Source: Macrostomum lignano (taxonomy: Eukaryota). Taken from it: 64,000 nt of DNA. Location: assembly GCA_002269645.1 (NCBI GenBank), contig NIVC01002151.1, positions 1-64,000 of the forward strand, in the 5' to 3' direction. Position numbers and translations under genes: made by a program. Shown piece by piece: positions 1-48,660 of the stretch. Position 1 is the first letter of the stretch. Each line of letters begins with the position of its first letter. A model generated the notes under the pieces. The model saw nothing but the letters and a program-made list of their open reading frames with translations. It did not search any database and was not told the origin of the DNA.

Positions 1-885
1 TCTCTCCCTGATCTCTATTCTATACATCTCTCATCTCTACCTGATGTCTAATCTATCCATCTCTCATCTCTCCCTGATTTCTAATCTATCCATCTCTATT
101 TCTCTCGCTGATGTCTAATCTATCCATCTCTAATCTCACTCCCCGATCTCTATTCTATACATCTCTCATCTCTACCTGATGTCTAATCTATACATCTCTC
201 ATCTCTCCCTGATGTCTAATCTATCCATCTCTCATCTCTCCCTGATGTCTAATCTATCCATCTCTCATCTCTCTCCCTGATCTCTATTCTATACATCTCT
301 CATCTCTACCTGATGTCTAATCTAATCCATCTCTCATCTCTCTCCTCTGATCCCTATTCTATACATCTCTCATCTCTACCTGATGTCTAATCTATACATC
401 TCTCATCTCTCCCTGATGTCTAATCTATCCATCTCTCATCTCTCTCCCTGATCTCTATTCTATACATCTCTCATCTCTACCTGATGTCTAATCTATCCAT
501 CTCTCATCTCTCTCCCTGATCTCTATTCTATACATCTCTCATCTCTACCTGATGTCTAATCTATACATCTCTCATCTCTCTCCCTGATCTCTATTCTATA
601 CATCTCTCATCTCTACCTGATGTCTAATCTATCCATCTCTATTTCTCTCGCTGATGTCTAATCTATCCATCTCTCATCTCTCCCCGATGTCTAATCCATC
701 CATCTCTCATCTCACTCCCCGATGTCTAATCTCTCTTTATCTCTAATCGCACTCCCCGATGTCTAATCTATCCATCTCTAATCTCACTCCCCGATGTCTA
801 ATCTATCCATCTCTAATCCCACTCCCCGATGTCTAATCTCTAATCTCACTCCCCGATGTCTAAGCTCTCCATCCCTAATCTCTCC
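1..885. repeat. CT-rich ~33-35 bp minisatellite (TCTCTCATCTCTCCCTGATGTCTAATCTATCCA-like) in the myosin VIIa intron, ending ~15 nt before the acceptor
   Basis: Tandem units with alternating variants are directly visible. Confidence 0.9.
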
Positions 886-903
886 CGTCAACCCTCCACC
901 CAG

Positions 904-2818
904 GCTCCGCTTCGAGTTTCCTGAACTTTCCAAAAGGTGACCTGCTCATCCTTGAGCAGAGCAACGGCGAGACAGTGATGAACAGCGGCTGGTGCTACGG
1001 CGAGAACTACCGCACCGGCCTGAAGGGCGACTTCCCGGCCGAGTGCGTGTACGTGCTGCCCCTGCTCACCCGGCCGTCGCCGCAGATTCTGTCTCTGTTC
1101 ACCCAGCAGCCTGGCGGGCCCGATCTCGCCGTTCAAGCCGGCCAGTTCGGCGCCGGGCCAGACAGCGGCGCCAACGGTGGCGCGATGGCGCCGGACGGCG
1201 CGCGGCAGCACACGCTGGAGGAGTACTCGATCGATCATTTCCGGCCGCCGCCGAAGCGAACGCAGTCCCGGGCGCTAGGCATGAACACGGCCAGACGGCG
1301 GCAGGCCGACCAGCTCTGGCGCCACTCGCGCGACCCGCTGAAGCAGCGCTGCTCCGCAAACTGCAGGGCAAAGACGATCTGAGCACCCAGGCCATCATCA
1401 CCTTCTTGGCCACGTTGAAGTACATGGGCGACCACCCAGCAAGCGCAGTAGGGCTGGCAACGAGCTCACCGACCAGATTTTCGAGCCGCCTCTGAAGCAC
1501 GAATTGTTGAAAGACGAAGTCTACTGCCAGCTGTGCAAACAGCTCACCGACAATTTGAATGCCTTCAGCGAGGAGCGAGGCTGGGAACTGATGTGGCTGG
1601 CCACTGGCTGCTTCGCCCGAGTCCAAATCTGCTCAAAGAGGTGACGCAATTTTTAAGAACCTCTCGGAATACGGTGGCGCCGACTGTTTAGCTCGATTGC
1701 AGAAAACTTTGCGCAACGGCCAACGAAAATATCCGCCGCATCAGGTGCGCCTTGTTATGTGTTCTACGATACATATCGGCTGGTATTAGCTAGCCTTTTA
1801 CTTATAGTGGAGAGCCCTAGATTATGTGTTTATCGATACATATCGGCTGAGTATTGCTAGCCTTTTACTTATAGTAGAGAGCCCTAGATTATGTGTTTTA
1901 TCGATACATATCGGCTGAGTATTTGCTAGCCGTTTACTTATAGTAGAGAGCCCATAGATTATGTGTTTTATCGATACATATCGCTGAGTATTGCTAGCCG
2001 TTTACTTATAGTAGAGAGCCTATATTATGTGTTTTATTGATACATATCGGCTGAGTATTTGCTAGCCGTTTACTTATAGTAGAGAGCCATAGATTATGTG
2101 TTTATTGATACATATCGGCTGAGTATTTGCTAGCCGTTTACTTATAGTAGAGAGCCCTAGATTATGTGTTTTATTGATACATATCGGCTGAGTATTTGCT
2201 AGCCGTTTACTTATAGTAGAGAGCCCTAGATTATGTGTTTTTATCAATACATATCGGCTGAGTATTTGCTAGCCGTTTACTTATAGTAGAGAGCCCTAGA
2301 TTATGTGTTTTATTGATACATATCGGCTGAGTATTTGCTAGCCGTTTACTTATAGTAGAGAGTCATAGATTAGCTGTTTTCAATACATATCGGGAAATAG
2401 AACCTACCTCTACCTTAAAGCTTTACTATGGAGTCCTTACTTAAAGTGCTTTACGATACATGTCGGCTGAATGGGGTCTAACTGTAGTCCTTTTAGATCG
2501 TACGTTAGGTGTCTGTTGGTAATTAGCCATTAACCTTTACTATAGAACCCTCAATTAATAGTCCTACGATACATATCGGTGGAATAGATTTTTTCAAAGA
2601 ATACAATCTTATTGCCTTATTCTAGGTGGAGGTCGAGGCCATCCAGCACAAGACTACCATAATCTACCACAAAGTCTACTTCCCTGACGATTCGGACGAA
2701 GCGTTCGAAGTCGATTCCAGCACTCGGGCCAAGGACTTCTGCGCCAATGTGGCCAACAAACTCGGACTGAAGAGCTACGAGGGCTTCTCACTGTTTGTCA
2801 AAATTGCCGACAAGGTGG

Positions 2819-2904
<86 letters not shown>

Positions 2905-2980
2905 CTGTCAGTTTGTCTGTCTGTCTGTCTGTCTTTGTGTCTGTCTATCTGTCTGTGTTTACGTATCTATCTATCCATCC

Positions 2981-3043
<63 letters not shown>

Positions 3044-3076
3044 CATCTATCTATCTATCTATCTATCTATCCATCC

Positions 3077-3131
<55 letters not shown>

Positions 3132-3312
3132 CATCTATCTATCTATCCATCTATCTATCTATCCATCTATCTATCTATCCATCTATCTATCTATCCATCT
3201 ATCTATCTATCCATCTATCTATCTATCCATCTATCTATCTATCCATCTATTTATCTATCCATCTATCTATCTATCCATCTATCTATCTATCCATCTATCT
3301 ATCTATCTATCC

Positions 3313-3347
<35 letters not shown>

Positions 3348-3691
3348 CATCTATCTATCTATCCATCTATCTATCTATCCATCTATCTATCTATCTATCT
3401 ATCTATCCATCTATCTATCTATCCATCTATCTATCTATCCATCTATCTATCTATCCATCTATCTATCTATCCATCTATCTATCTATCCATCTATCTATCT
3501 ATCCATCTATCTATCTATCCATCTATCTATCTATCCATCTATCTATCTATCCATCTATCTATCTATCCATCATCTATCTATCTATCTATCTATCTATCTA
3601 ATCTATCTATCTATCCATCTATCTATCTATCCATCTATCTATCTATCCATCTATCTATCTATCCATCTATCTATCTATCCATCTATCTATA

Positions 3692-3739
<48 letters not shown>

Positions 3740-6323
3740 CATCTATCTATCTATCTATCTATCAATCACAGGTAATCTCCGTACCCGAGGGTGATTTCTT
3801 CTTCGACTTCGTCCGCCACCTGACCGAGTGGATCAAGAAGGCGAAGCCCAGCCGTGACGGCGTCACCCCGCAGTTCAGCTACCAGGTGTTCTTCATGAAG
3901 AAGCTGTGGAGCACCACAGTGCCGGGCAGGGACCGCAACGCCGACATCATCTTCCACTACCATCAGGAGCTGCCGAAGCTGCTGCGGGGCTACCACAAGT
4001 GCACCGTGGATGAGGCGGCTGAACTCGCCGCTCTGATTTATCGAGTGAAATTCGGCGAAAACAAGAACAACCTGCAGCACATTCCGTGAGTGCCGCCGAG
4101 TTCAAGCCTGTCATTTACCGTGTCCTTGGTGTTGATATTACAAATGTACTTTTGTTTTTTTACAGGCGATTCCTCAAAGAATTGCTGCCTGCTGATCTGA
4201 TTAAACAGCTGTCTGCTGAGGAATGGAAAAGGGTGAGTCTGATGAGGATTTTTGAGGATACACAAGTTGATCCGAGCTGATAATCCCTGTTTTATCGCCC
4301 CTTGAAAATCCCCATTTCATCCCCATCCCTCCCCCCAAAAATCCCCATATTATTCCCTACCCGAGAATCCCCATTTTATCCCTCCCCCCTCGAAAATCCC
4401 CATATTATTCCCTACCCGGGAATCTCCATTTTATTCCCCGAAGATCCCCATTTCATTCCCCCCGAAAATCCCCATTTTATTACCGAATATCCCCATTTTC
4501 TTCTCCACCTAAAAATCTCCATTTTCTTCCCCACCGGAAAATTCCCATTTCATCGTCCTTAAAAATCCCCATTTTCTTCCCCACCTGAAAATCTCCATTT
4601 TCTTCCCCACCGGAAAATTCCCATTTCATCGTCCTTAAAAATCCCCATTTTCTTCCCCACCTGAAAATCTCCATTTTCTTCCCCACCTGAAAATCCCCAT
4701 TATCTTCCCCACCTGAAAATCTTCATTTTCTTCCCCACCTTAAAATCCCCACTTTATTCCCATTCCGAAAATCCCCATTTTATCGTCCTGAAAAATCCCC
4801 ATAACCGCAGCGAATCGTGGCCCAGTACAACAATAGCATTGGCATGAGCTCAGACGAGGCCAAAGTCACCTTCACCAAGCTCATCTACAAGTGGCCCACT
4901 TTTGGCTCAGCGTTCTTCGAAGTCAAGGTGCGTTTGATGTTAATTCAGGACTTTTGCTGTAACTGAGTTCTACATGTACGCGGCAATTTGTGTCTCATTT
5001 TAGCAAACGACTGAGCCGAACTACCCAGAAACTCTGCTGATTGCCATCAACAAGCACGGAGTGAACTTGATTCATCCCATGACTAAGGTTTGCAAATTAT
5101 TTAATTCAATTTTATGTGCCTGATACCCATCGACATCCATCGACACGCGTCGGCACCCATTTGCACCCATCGATATGCATCGACATGCATCGACACCCAT
5201 CAACAACCATCGACACCCATCGACATGCATCGACACCCATCGACACCCATCGACACCCATCGACATGCATCGACACCCATCAACAACCATCGACACCCAT
5301 CGACACCCATCGACACCCATCAACATGCATCGACACTAATTGACATGCATCGACACCCATCAACACTCATCGACAACCATCGACACCCATTGACATGCAT
5401 CGACATCCATCGACACCCATCAACACTCATCGACATGCATCGACACCCATTGACATGCATCGACATCCATCGACACCCATCGACACCCATCGACATGCAT
5501 CGACACCCATCAACACTCATCGACAACCATCGACACCCATTGACATGCATCGACATCCATCGACACCCATTGGCACCCATCGACATCCATCGACACTAAT
5601 CGACACCCATCGACACCCATCAACACCCATCGACAACCATCGACACCCATCGAGACCCATCGACAACCATCGACACCCATCGACATCTATCGAAACCCAT
5701 TGACACTCATTGACACCCATCGACACCCATTGACAGCCATCGACATCTATCGAAACCCATTGACACTCATCGACACCCATCGGCACCCATCGGCACCCAT
5801 CGACATCCATCAACACCCATCGACATTTATCGACGTCCATCTAAACCCATCGACATGCATCAACAACCATCGACATCTATCGACGCTCAAATCATCGACA
5901 TTCACTATATCGACATTTTCATTATCGACGTTCATTACTTCGACATTTTCAATATCGACATTCCTTACTTCGAAATTTTCATTATCGACATTCCTTACTT
6001 CGACATTTTCATTATCGACATTCCGATATATCGACATTCACCTCATCGACATTCACCCCAAAGACACCCTGTCCCTTGTACAGCCTCTGAAGCTCCATTC
6101 GCTCCAATCCTTGCAGGAGATCCTGGAGATCCATCCGTTCACAAAGATCAGCAACTGGTCCAGCGGCAACACCTACTTCCACATGACCGTCGGCAATCTG
6201 ATTCGAGGCAGCAAACTGCTTTGCGAGACGTCGCTCGGCTACAAGATGGACGACCTGCTGACCTCCTACATCAGCCTGATGCTCACCACTATGAACAAGC
6301 AGCGAACTCTCCGCTCCAGATGA
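904..6323 (+). CDS. MYO7A: Myosin VIIa, 3' part (SH3, second MyTH4, second FERM); the 5' part lies upstream of the window
   Basis: Exons with GT-AG junctions and consistent phases: 904-1744, 2626-2814, 3772-4085, 4166-4232, 4811-4927, 5004-5087, 6117-6323 (TGA). Peptides recognisable as myosin VIIa: [22 protein letters not shown] (SH3), [34 protein letters not shown] (MyTH4), [87 protein letters not shown]. Exon 904-1744 needs four +1-nt corrections (~1347, 1437, 1618, 1680). Confidence 0.96.
1755..2380. repeat. 69-bp minisatellite, ~9 copies, myosin VIIa intron
   Basis: Unit TAGATTATGTGTTTTATTGATACATATCGGCTGAGTATTTGCTAGCCGTTTACTTATAGTAGAGAGCCC; degenerate copies continue to ~2580. Confidence 0.92.
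2820..3763. repeat. Compound microsatellite (TCTG)n then (TCTA/TCCA)n filling almost the whole intron 2815-3771
   Basis: Directly visible. Confidence 0.97.
4280..4802. repeat. ~26-bp C-rich minisatellite (AAAATCCCCATTTTCTTCCCCACCTG-like)
   Basis: Tandem, partly degenerate units inside intron 4233-4810. Confidence 0.85.
5125..6060. repeat. 10-bp (ATCGACACCC)n satellite grading into a longer ATCGACATTTTC variant
   Basis: Directly visible inside intron 5088-6116. Confidence 0.9.
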
Positions 6324-6661
6324 AGTTAACCGTAATTAATAACAATTCAGACTTTTAAATTAATTTTGTAGTTTTTTGAATGCGTCACGTCTATGCCAAC
6401 AACGTCTTGAGCCAATGATTTCCTTGAAATCTGTGAGAGATAAACTCATTGACAGATTAGCTAATAGTAAGTGTTTTATTATCATTATATTATTTATTAT
6501 CTATTAAAAATGTTTGCTTGTCAGTTTACACATTCCGTGCGTGTTATTTCAAACCATTGTTTTGCGTCAACTCTGTGCATTCCGGCTACTAATATTGCTT
6601 CTTTTGATTGGATCTTCCCATTTATACTTAGTTGTGGAGCTGTTTTCCTTTATGTATTCCA

Positions 6662-8040
6662 GTGTTTGGATAGTTATCCCATTCTGAATGTGGGAGGGGA
6701 TTTCTGGATAGTTATCCCATTCTGAATGTCGGAGGGGATTTCTGGGATAATTATCCCATTCTGAATGTGGGAGGGGATTTCTGGGATAATTATCCCATTC
6801 TGAATGTGGGAGGGGATTTCTGGGATAATTATCCCATTCTGATTGTGGGATGGGGATTTCTGGGATAGTTATCCCATTCTGAATGTGGGAGGGGATTTCT
6901 GGGATAGTTATCCCATTCTGAATGTGGAGGGGATTTCTGGGATAGTTATCCCATTCTGAATGTGGGAGGGGATTTCTGGGATAATTATCCCATTCTGAAT
7001 GTGGGAGGGGATTTTTAGGATAATTATCCCATTCTGAATGTGGGAGGGGATTTCTGGGATAGTTATCCCATTCTGAATGTGGGAGGGGATTTCTGGGATA
7101 ATTATCCCATTCTGAATGTGGAGGGGATTTCTGGGATAATTATCCCATTCTGAATGTGGGAGGGGATTTCTGGGATAGTTATCCCATTCTGAATGTGGGA
7201 GGGGATTTCTGTGATAGTTATCCCATTCTGAATGTGGAGGGGATTTCTGGGATAATTATCCCATTCTGAATGTGGGAGGGGATTTCTGGGATAGTTATCC
7301 CATTCTGAATGTGGGAGGGGATTTCTGGATAGTTATCCCATTTTGAATGTGGGAGGGGATTTCTGGGATAGTTATCCCATTCTGAATGTCGGAGGGGATT
7401 TCTGGGATAATTATCCCATTCTGAATGTGGGAGGGGATTTCTGGGATAATTATCCCATTCTGAATGTGGGAGGGGATTTCTGGGATAGTTATCCCATTCT
7501 GAATGTGGGAGGGGATTTCTGGGATAGTTATCCCATTCTGAATGTGGAGGGGATTTCTGGGATAATTATCCCATTCTGAATGTGGGAGGGGATTTCTGGG
7601 ATAGTTATCCCATTCTGAATGTGGAGGGGATTTCTGGGATAATTATCCCATTCTGAATGTGGAGGGGATTTCTGGGATAATTATCCCATTCTGAATGTGG
7701 GAGGGGATTTCTGGGATAGTTATCCCATTCTGAATGTGGGAGGGGATTTCTGGGATAATTATCCCATTCTGAATGTGGAGGGGATTTCTGGGATAATTAT
7801 CCCATTCTGAATGTGGGAGGGGATTTCTGGGATAGTTATCCCATTCTGAATGTCGGAGGGGATTTCTGGGATAATTATCCCATTCTGAATGTGGGAGGGG
7901 ATTTTTAGGATAACTATCCCATTCTGATTAAAAGACGGGATTTCAAAATAATTAACCCATTCTGATTAAAAGAGGGGATTTTGGGATAATAATCTCATTC
8001 TGATTGGGGGAGGGGATTTTTGGGATAATTATCCCATTCT
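6662..8040. repeat. 39-bp minisatellite, ~35 copies, with internal palindrome GGGATAATTATCCC
   Basis: Unit GGGATA(A/G)TTATCCCATTCTGAATGTGGGAGGGGATTTCT; begins ~340 nt after the myosin VIIa stop. Confidence 0.95.
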
Positions 8041-8665
8041 GGTTGTTTTAAGTTCGGCAAAAAATGTCCCAAAATTGTTTGGTCAATCCAACTAGCAGGT
8101 TAAGTTTTAAATCCCATGGAAGCTCTGATCCCTACTTGTATTGTAAATATAAAAGTGCACTGACTGCAGCTGATGGATTCCAAATTTCTGCTTATGCTTT
8201 GCTTTTGGTGGCAGAAATTTTTATTGAAACAGCTAACTACATTTTTAAACACATTTTGTTGCTTTATGCGTTTTTTAATAATGCTTCTATTGTGCACTTT
8301 TTGGCACCAGTTTAAATTTGAAAAAAGAATCTCATTTGGCTGTGTGCTGATTTTTTTATTTGACTAACCGTTCTTACATTCCATCGCAGTGCAACCAAGA
8401 TATTATCTTTGACTTGTGATTTATTAAATAAAATAATTATTTTATGAGCTGTTGCTGTCATCATCAGCTTGCTGTGCCGTTATAGTTGTCATTTTTACTG
8501 TAGTTTAAATATTGATTTTTTGTATTTTTGTTATAATAAATGTTTACGCCTGCGGGTTTCAAAATTTCAAATATCGCCAGAAATATCCAGCACCATTTTT
8601 GTTTTTTTTATGACGTATTAGCTTAAATTCTGTATTCAAATGAGTTTGTGCCAGCCCAGTTATTA

Positions 8666-8669
8666 CACA

Positions 8670-8703
<34 letters not shown>
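8666..8703. repeat. (CA)n microsatellite
   Basis: Directly visible. Confidence 0.9.
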
Positions 8704-8704
<1 letters not shown>

Positions 8705-8984
8705 TGTACCTTCATCTTGGCAAGTTTGCTTGCTTGTTGTTTATTTATTTATTTGTCAACTCAAGTGCCTGCGACTGACTTGCTTGTGTAAGATTCAAGT
8801 TTTTTTCAGTTTAATAAATTTGAATGATGCTTATGTCTTCTGTTAACTATTGATTATATAGCCACAGCGCATTGCCGTCATCTGCTATGAAACTTTATGC
8901 TGTGTTGCTGGGTTCTTGCTCTTTTCTTCACTGATCTTGACTCCCAGTTCCGTTTTGAAGTTTTTTTGCTTGAAGTTGTGAGTG

Positions 8985-9593
8985 GGAGGGAGAGGGAGAT
9001 GGGAGAGTGAGACTGAGGGAGAGGGAGAGGGAGATGGGAGAGTGAGACTGAGAGAAAGGGAGATGGGAGAGTGAGACTGAGGGAGAAGAAGATGGGAGAG
9101 TGAGATTGAGGGAGATGGGAGACTGAGACTGAGGGAGAGGGAGAGTGAGACTGAGGGAGAGTGAGAGTGAGACTGAGGGAGATGGGAGACTGAGACTGAG
9201 GGAGAGGGAGAGTGAGACTGAGGGAGAGGGAGAGTGAGACAGAGGGAGAAGGAGAGTGAGACTGAGGGAGAGGGAGAGTGAGACTGAGCGAGAGGGAGAT
9301 GGAGAGTGAGACTGAGGGAGAGGGAGATGGAGAGTGAGACTGAGGGAGAGGGAGATGGAGAGTGAGACTGAGGGAGAGGGAGAAGGAGAGTGAGACTGAG
9401 GGATAGGGAGATGGAGAGTGAGACTGAGGGAGAGGGAGATGGAGAGTGAGACTGAGGGAGAGGGAGATGGAGAGTGAGACTGAGGGAGAGGGAGATGGAG
9501 AGTGAGACTGAGAGAAAGGGAGATGGGAGAGTGAGACTGAGGGAGAAGAAGATGGGAGAGTGAGATTGAGGGAGAGGGAGATAAGAGAGTGAG

Positions 9594-9657
<64 letters not shown>

Positions 9658-9842
9658 AGATGGGAGAGTGAGAGAAAGGGAGATGAGAGAGGGAGACTGA
9701 GGGAGAGGGAGATGGGAGAGTGAGACTGAGGGAGATGGGAGAGTGAGACTGAGGGAGATGGGAGAGTAAGAGGGAGAAGAGGGTAGAGGGAGAGTGAGAC
9801 TGAGAGAGAGGGGAGCGTGAGAGGGAGAGGGGAGACTGACAG
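8985..9842. repeat. GA-rich satellite (GGGAGAGTGAGACTGA-like) with an embedded (GA)n tract
   Basis: Directly visible. Confidence 0.9.
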
Positions 9843-10382
9843 AGCCTGAAGCACAGCCAAGTAGATCTGCAATGGTGCAGGAAGTTAATGAGCAGCTCAT
9901 TGCATTTATTTTTCACACGTCACACGGTTTGGGTCAGCCTGGTCCGCCACTTACTGTCCCCACTCCCCATCTCTCCGACTCTCTCTGATCAGCAACTTCC
10001 AGACCATGCGTTGGCTGGAGGGTTCGCGTGCCGACTTATGGCTGGGGCACTGGGGTCAGTCTAGAAAATGCTTGCCAGAATATTTTGAGGCAGAGAGGAA
10101 TCCGCGCTGTCACATTTGCTTAATTGAGACTGCGGATAATAAGAGCTGCCTGCGCGTGGGGGGGGCGCTCAGCGGGGTGCCTGGCTGAAACTCCGTAATT
10201 GAAAATTTTTCATCTTCGGCGGCGCGAGGGCCAGGGAGATCCTGCAGAATCGGCTGACTTGGAGTGACGATTCGTCGTCTGCATGACTGCGGTTTTCCAC
10301 ACGAAAATTTGAACCAATAGGCCTGTACTCAAAATTGGTTTTGGTATAGGAGTTCTACATTTTGGTCTAGTTGGAAGAAAGT

Positions 10383-11572
10383 TGGCGCCCCTGTCTCTTG
10401 CGGGCGCCCCTGTCTCTCTTCGTGGGCGCCCCTCTCTCTTCGTGGGCGCCCCTGTCTCTTAGTGGGTGGCGCTCCTGTCTCTTGGTGTGGCGCTCCTGTC
10501 TCTTGGTGGGTGGCGCTCCTGTCTCTTGGTGTGGCGCTCCAGTTTCTTGGTGGGTGGCGCTCCTGTCTCTTGTTGTGGCGCTCCAGTTTCTTGGTGGGTG
10601 GCGCTCCTGTCTCTTGTTGTGGCGCTCCAGTTTCTTGGTGGGTGGCGCTCCTGTCTCTTGGTGTGGCGCTCCAGTTTCTTGGTGGGTGGCGCTCCTGTCT
10701 CTTGTTGTGGCGCTCCAGTTTCTTGGTGGGCGCCCCTGTCTCTTGGTGGGTGGCGCTCCTGTCTCTTGGTGGGTGGCGCTCCTGTCTCTTGGTGGGTGGC
10801 GCTCCTGTCTCTTGTTGTGGCGCTCCAGTTTCTTGGTGGGCGCCCCTGTCTCTTGGTGGGCGCTCCTGTCTCTCTTGGTGGGCGCCCCTGTCTCTTGGTG
10901 GGCGCCCCTGTCTCTTGGTGGGCGCCCCTGTCTCCTCTTGGTGGGCGCCCCTGTCTCTTGGTGGGCGCCCCTGTCTCTCGGTGGGCGCCCCTGTCTCTTG
11001 GTGGGCGCCCCTGTCTCCTCTTGGTGGGCGCCCCTGTCTCTTGCTGGGCGCCTCTGTCTCTTGCGGGCGCCCCTGTCTCTTGGTGAGTGCCCCTGTCTAT
11101 CTTGGTGGGCGCCCCTGTCTCTCTTGGTGGGCGCCCCTATCTCTCTTGGTGGGCGCCCCTGTCTCTTGGTGGGCGCCCCTGTCTCTTGGTGGGCGCCCCT
11201 GTCTCTCTTGGTGGGCGCCCCTGTCTCTTGGTGGGCGCCCCTGTCTCTCTTGGTGGGCGCCCCTGTCTCTTGGTGGGCGCCCCTGTCTCTCTTGGTGGGC
11301 GCCCCTGTCTCTCTTGGTGGGCGCCCCTGTCTCTCTTGGTGGGCGCCCCTGTCTCTCGGTGGGCGCCCCTGTCTCTTGGTGGGCGCCCCTGTCTCTTGGT
11401 GGGCGCCCCTGTCTCTTGGTGGGCGCCCCTGTCTCTTGGTGGGCGCCCCTGTCTCTTGGTGGGCGCCCCTGTCTCTCTTGGTGGGCGCCCCTGTCTCTTG
11501 GTGGGCGCCCCTGTCTCTTGGTGGGCGCCCCTGTCTCTCTTGGTGGGCGCCCCTGGCTCTTGGTGGGCGTGG
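10383..11572. repeat. GC-rich ~20-24 bp satellite (GGTGGGCGCCCCTGTCTCTT)n
   Basis: Directly visible; the same unit recurs at 37640-37950. Confidence 0.95.
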
Positions 11573-12309
11573 GCGGCCTCTGTCTGTTCGAACAACAGTC
11601 CAGACTCTGCTTGTGGGTCTCCCTGGCAGGGGTTCCCTGTTCCAAAAACTGGGTCGAAATTTTTTTATGAATTTCACTTCTTTGGCCCCGGCTCTTCATC
11701 ACGGCTCTCAATCCACTTCAGCGCGCTTTTTAACAACTTTTATTATTTGGCCCGTGCCCAGAGTAGAAGTGTTGCAAGTTGTAAATTTAAGTGTCTGGTC
11801 GTCTTTGTCACGCCTACTATTGGATGTCTTTGTCTCCGACGCTTCAGTTGCTTGGATGCTGGCTGCCCCCTGCTGAGGTATAGAGATTCACTTTGCTGCT
11901 TTTAGTGCTGAGTGAGTCACCACTGGCTGCTGTTAGCGCATTAAATTAAAAACTTTCTGCATACGAATTGGGTCTGGTGACTCTGGTCCATGAAAGCGTC
12001 GTCAAGATTTCGATATTAAAAGTTGGCGCGCGCGTCTGCCGGAATAATTAAAAAAATTAACTATTTTCAAGAGGGCTGCGGGTCTGGGTCCTCTCTGCGA
12101 CATGGTCCCGCAGCCCTGCATGAGCCCTGACTTTCTAATTATCAAGCATGTACACTTATTTCTTCTTCTTATCTTACATTTTCTTAAGAACCAATTCATA
12201 ATTCCCTTTAAAAATCACTTATTCGAGTAAAATTGTTGCGGTCAAAGATGTTTGCTATTAATCTCTTTTCTAAAAGAAACAACAGGACACAATAAAATAA
12301 AGCCTTCAC

Positions 12310-12968
12310 AGAGATAGCAGGCATCTCCTCTAAATAGAAAGCACCCCAGATAGCAAGCGTTCCGCGAGAGCAAGCATCCCCCAAACAGCAAGCATACCCC
12401 AGATAGCAAGCAACCCCAGACAATAAGCACTCCCCCAGATAGCAAGCATCCCCCAGATAGCAAGCATCACCCAGATAGCAAGCATCCCCCAGATAGCAAG
12501 CATCCCCCAGATAGCAAGCATCCCCCAGATAGCAAGCATCCCCCAGATAGCAAGCATCACCCAGATAGCAAGCATCCCCCAGATAGCAAGCATCCCCCAG
12601 ATAGCAAGCATCCCCATATAGCAAGCATCCCCCAGATAGCAAGCATCCCCCAGATAGCAAGCATCACCCAGATAGCAAGCATCCCCCAGATAGCAAGCAT
12701 CCCCCAGATAGCAAGCATCCCCATATAGCAAGCATCCCCAGATAGCAAGCATCCCCCAGATAGCAAGCATCCCCAGATAGCAAGCATCCCCCAGATAGCA
12801 AGCATCCTGCAGATAGCAAGCATCCTGCAGATAGCAAGCATCCCCCAGATAGCAAGCATCCCCCAGATGGCAAGCATCCTGCAGATAGCAAGCATCCCCC
12901 AGATAGCAAGCATCCCCCAGATAGCAAGCATCCCCCAGATGGCAAGCATCCCCCAAATAGCAAATATC
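12310..12968. repeat. 18-bp minisatellite (GCATCCCCCAGATAGCAA)n upstream of anosmin exon 1
   Basis: Homogeneous centre, diverged left edge. Confidence 0.93.
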
Positions 12969-13333
12969 CCTCAAAAAGCAATAGCTACAATTGAAAATCC
13001 AAAATCATATAGCTAGGTAATTGTAACGAACACAAAATCAATGTTAAAAGATGATTGTATTCTTATAAAAAAATCTTTAATTTACTAGCAGTTTCTTGTT
13101 GGCCAATCAGAATCGGCCTGCATTGAAATCTGCGGCCTCATTGGGTGACGAGGCTGGGAGAGGGGAGGGATTTCTGCAGGGACAGGTCGGAGAGGCCGGC
13201 TGTAAAAAAGCTTTCCACAGTCGAGAGCTGAAAGAGGATGGCAGAGAATTACACTAAAGAAGGGAACTGCCTGCTATGATTTGAGCTTTTTATTATACTG
13301 GACATCCCTGAAGCATAGAGTATCCACTGAAAT

Positions 13334-48660
<35,327 letters not shown>

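Noticed and set aside
904-6323. Calling myosin VIIa a pseudogene
   Set aside because: Frameshifts are confined to one exon, all are 1-bp deletions in C/G runs, and the other exons and splice sites are intact; sequencing error is more parsimonious (kept as a finding to check).
13098-13110. CCAAT box upstream of the anosmin ATG
   Set aside because: A single short motif with no TSS information; not supportable as a feature.
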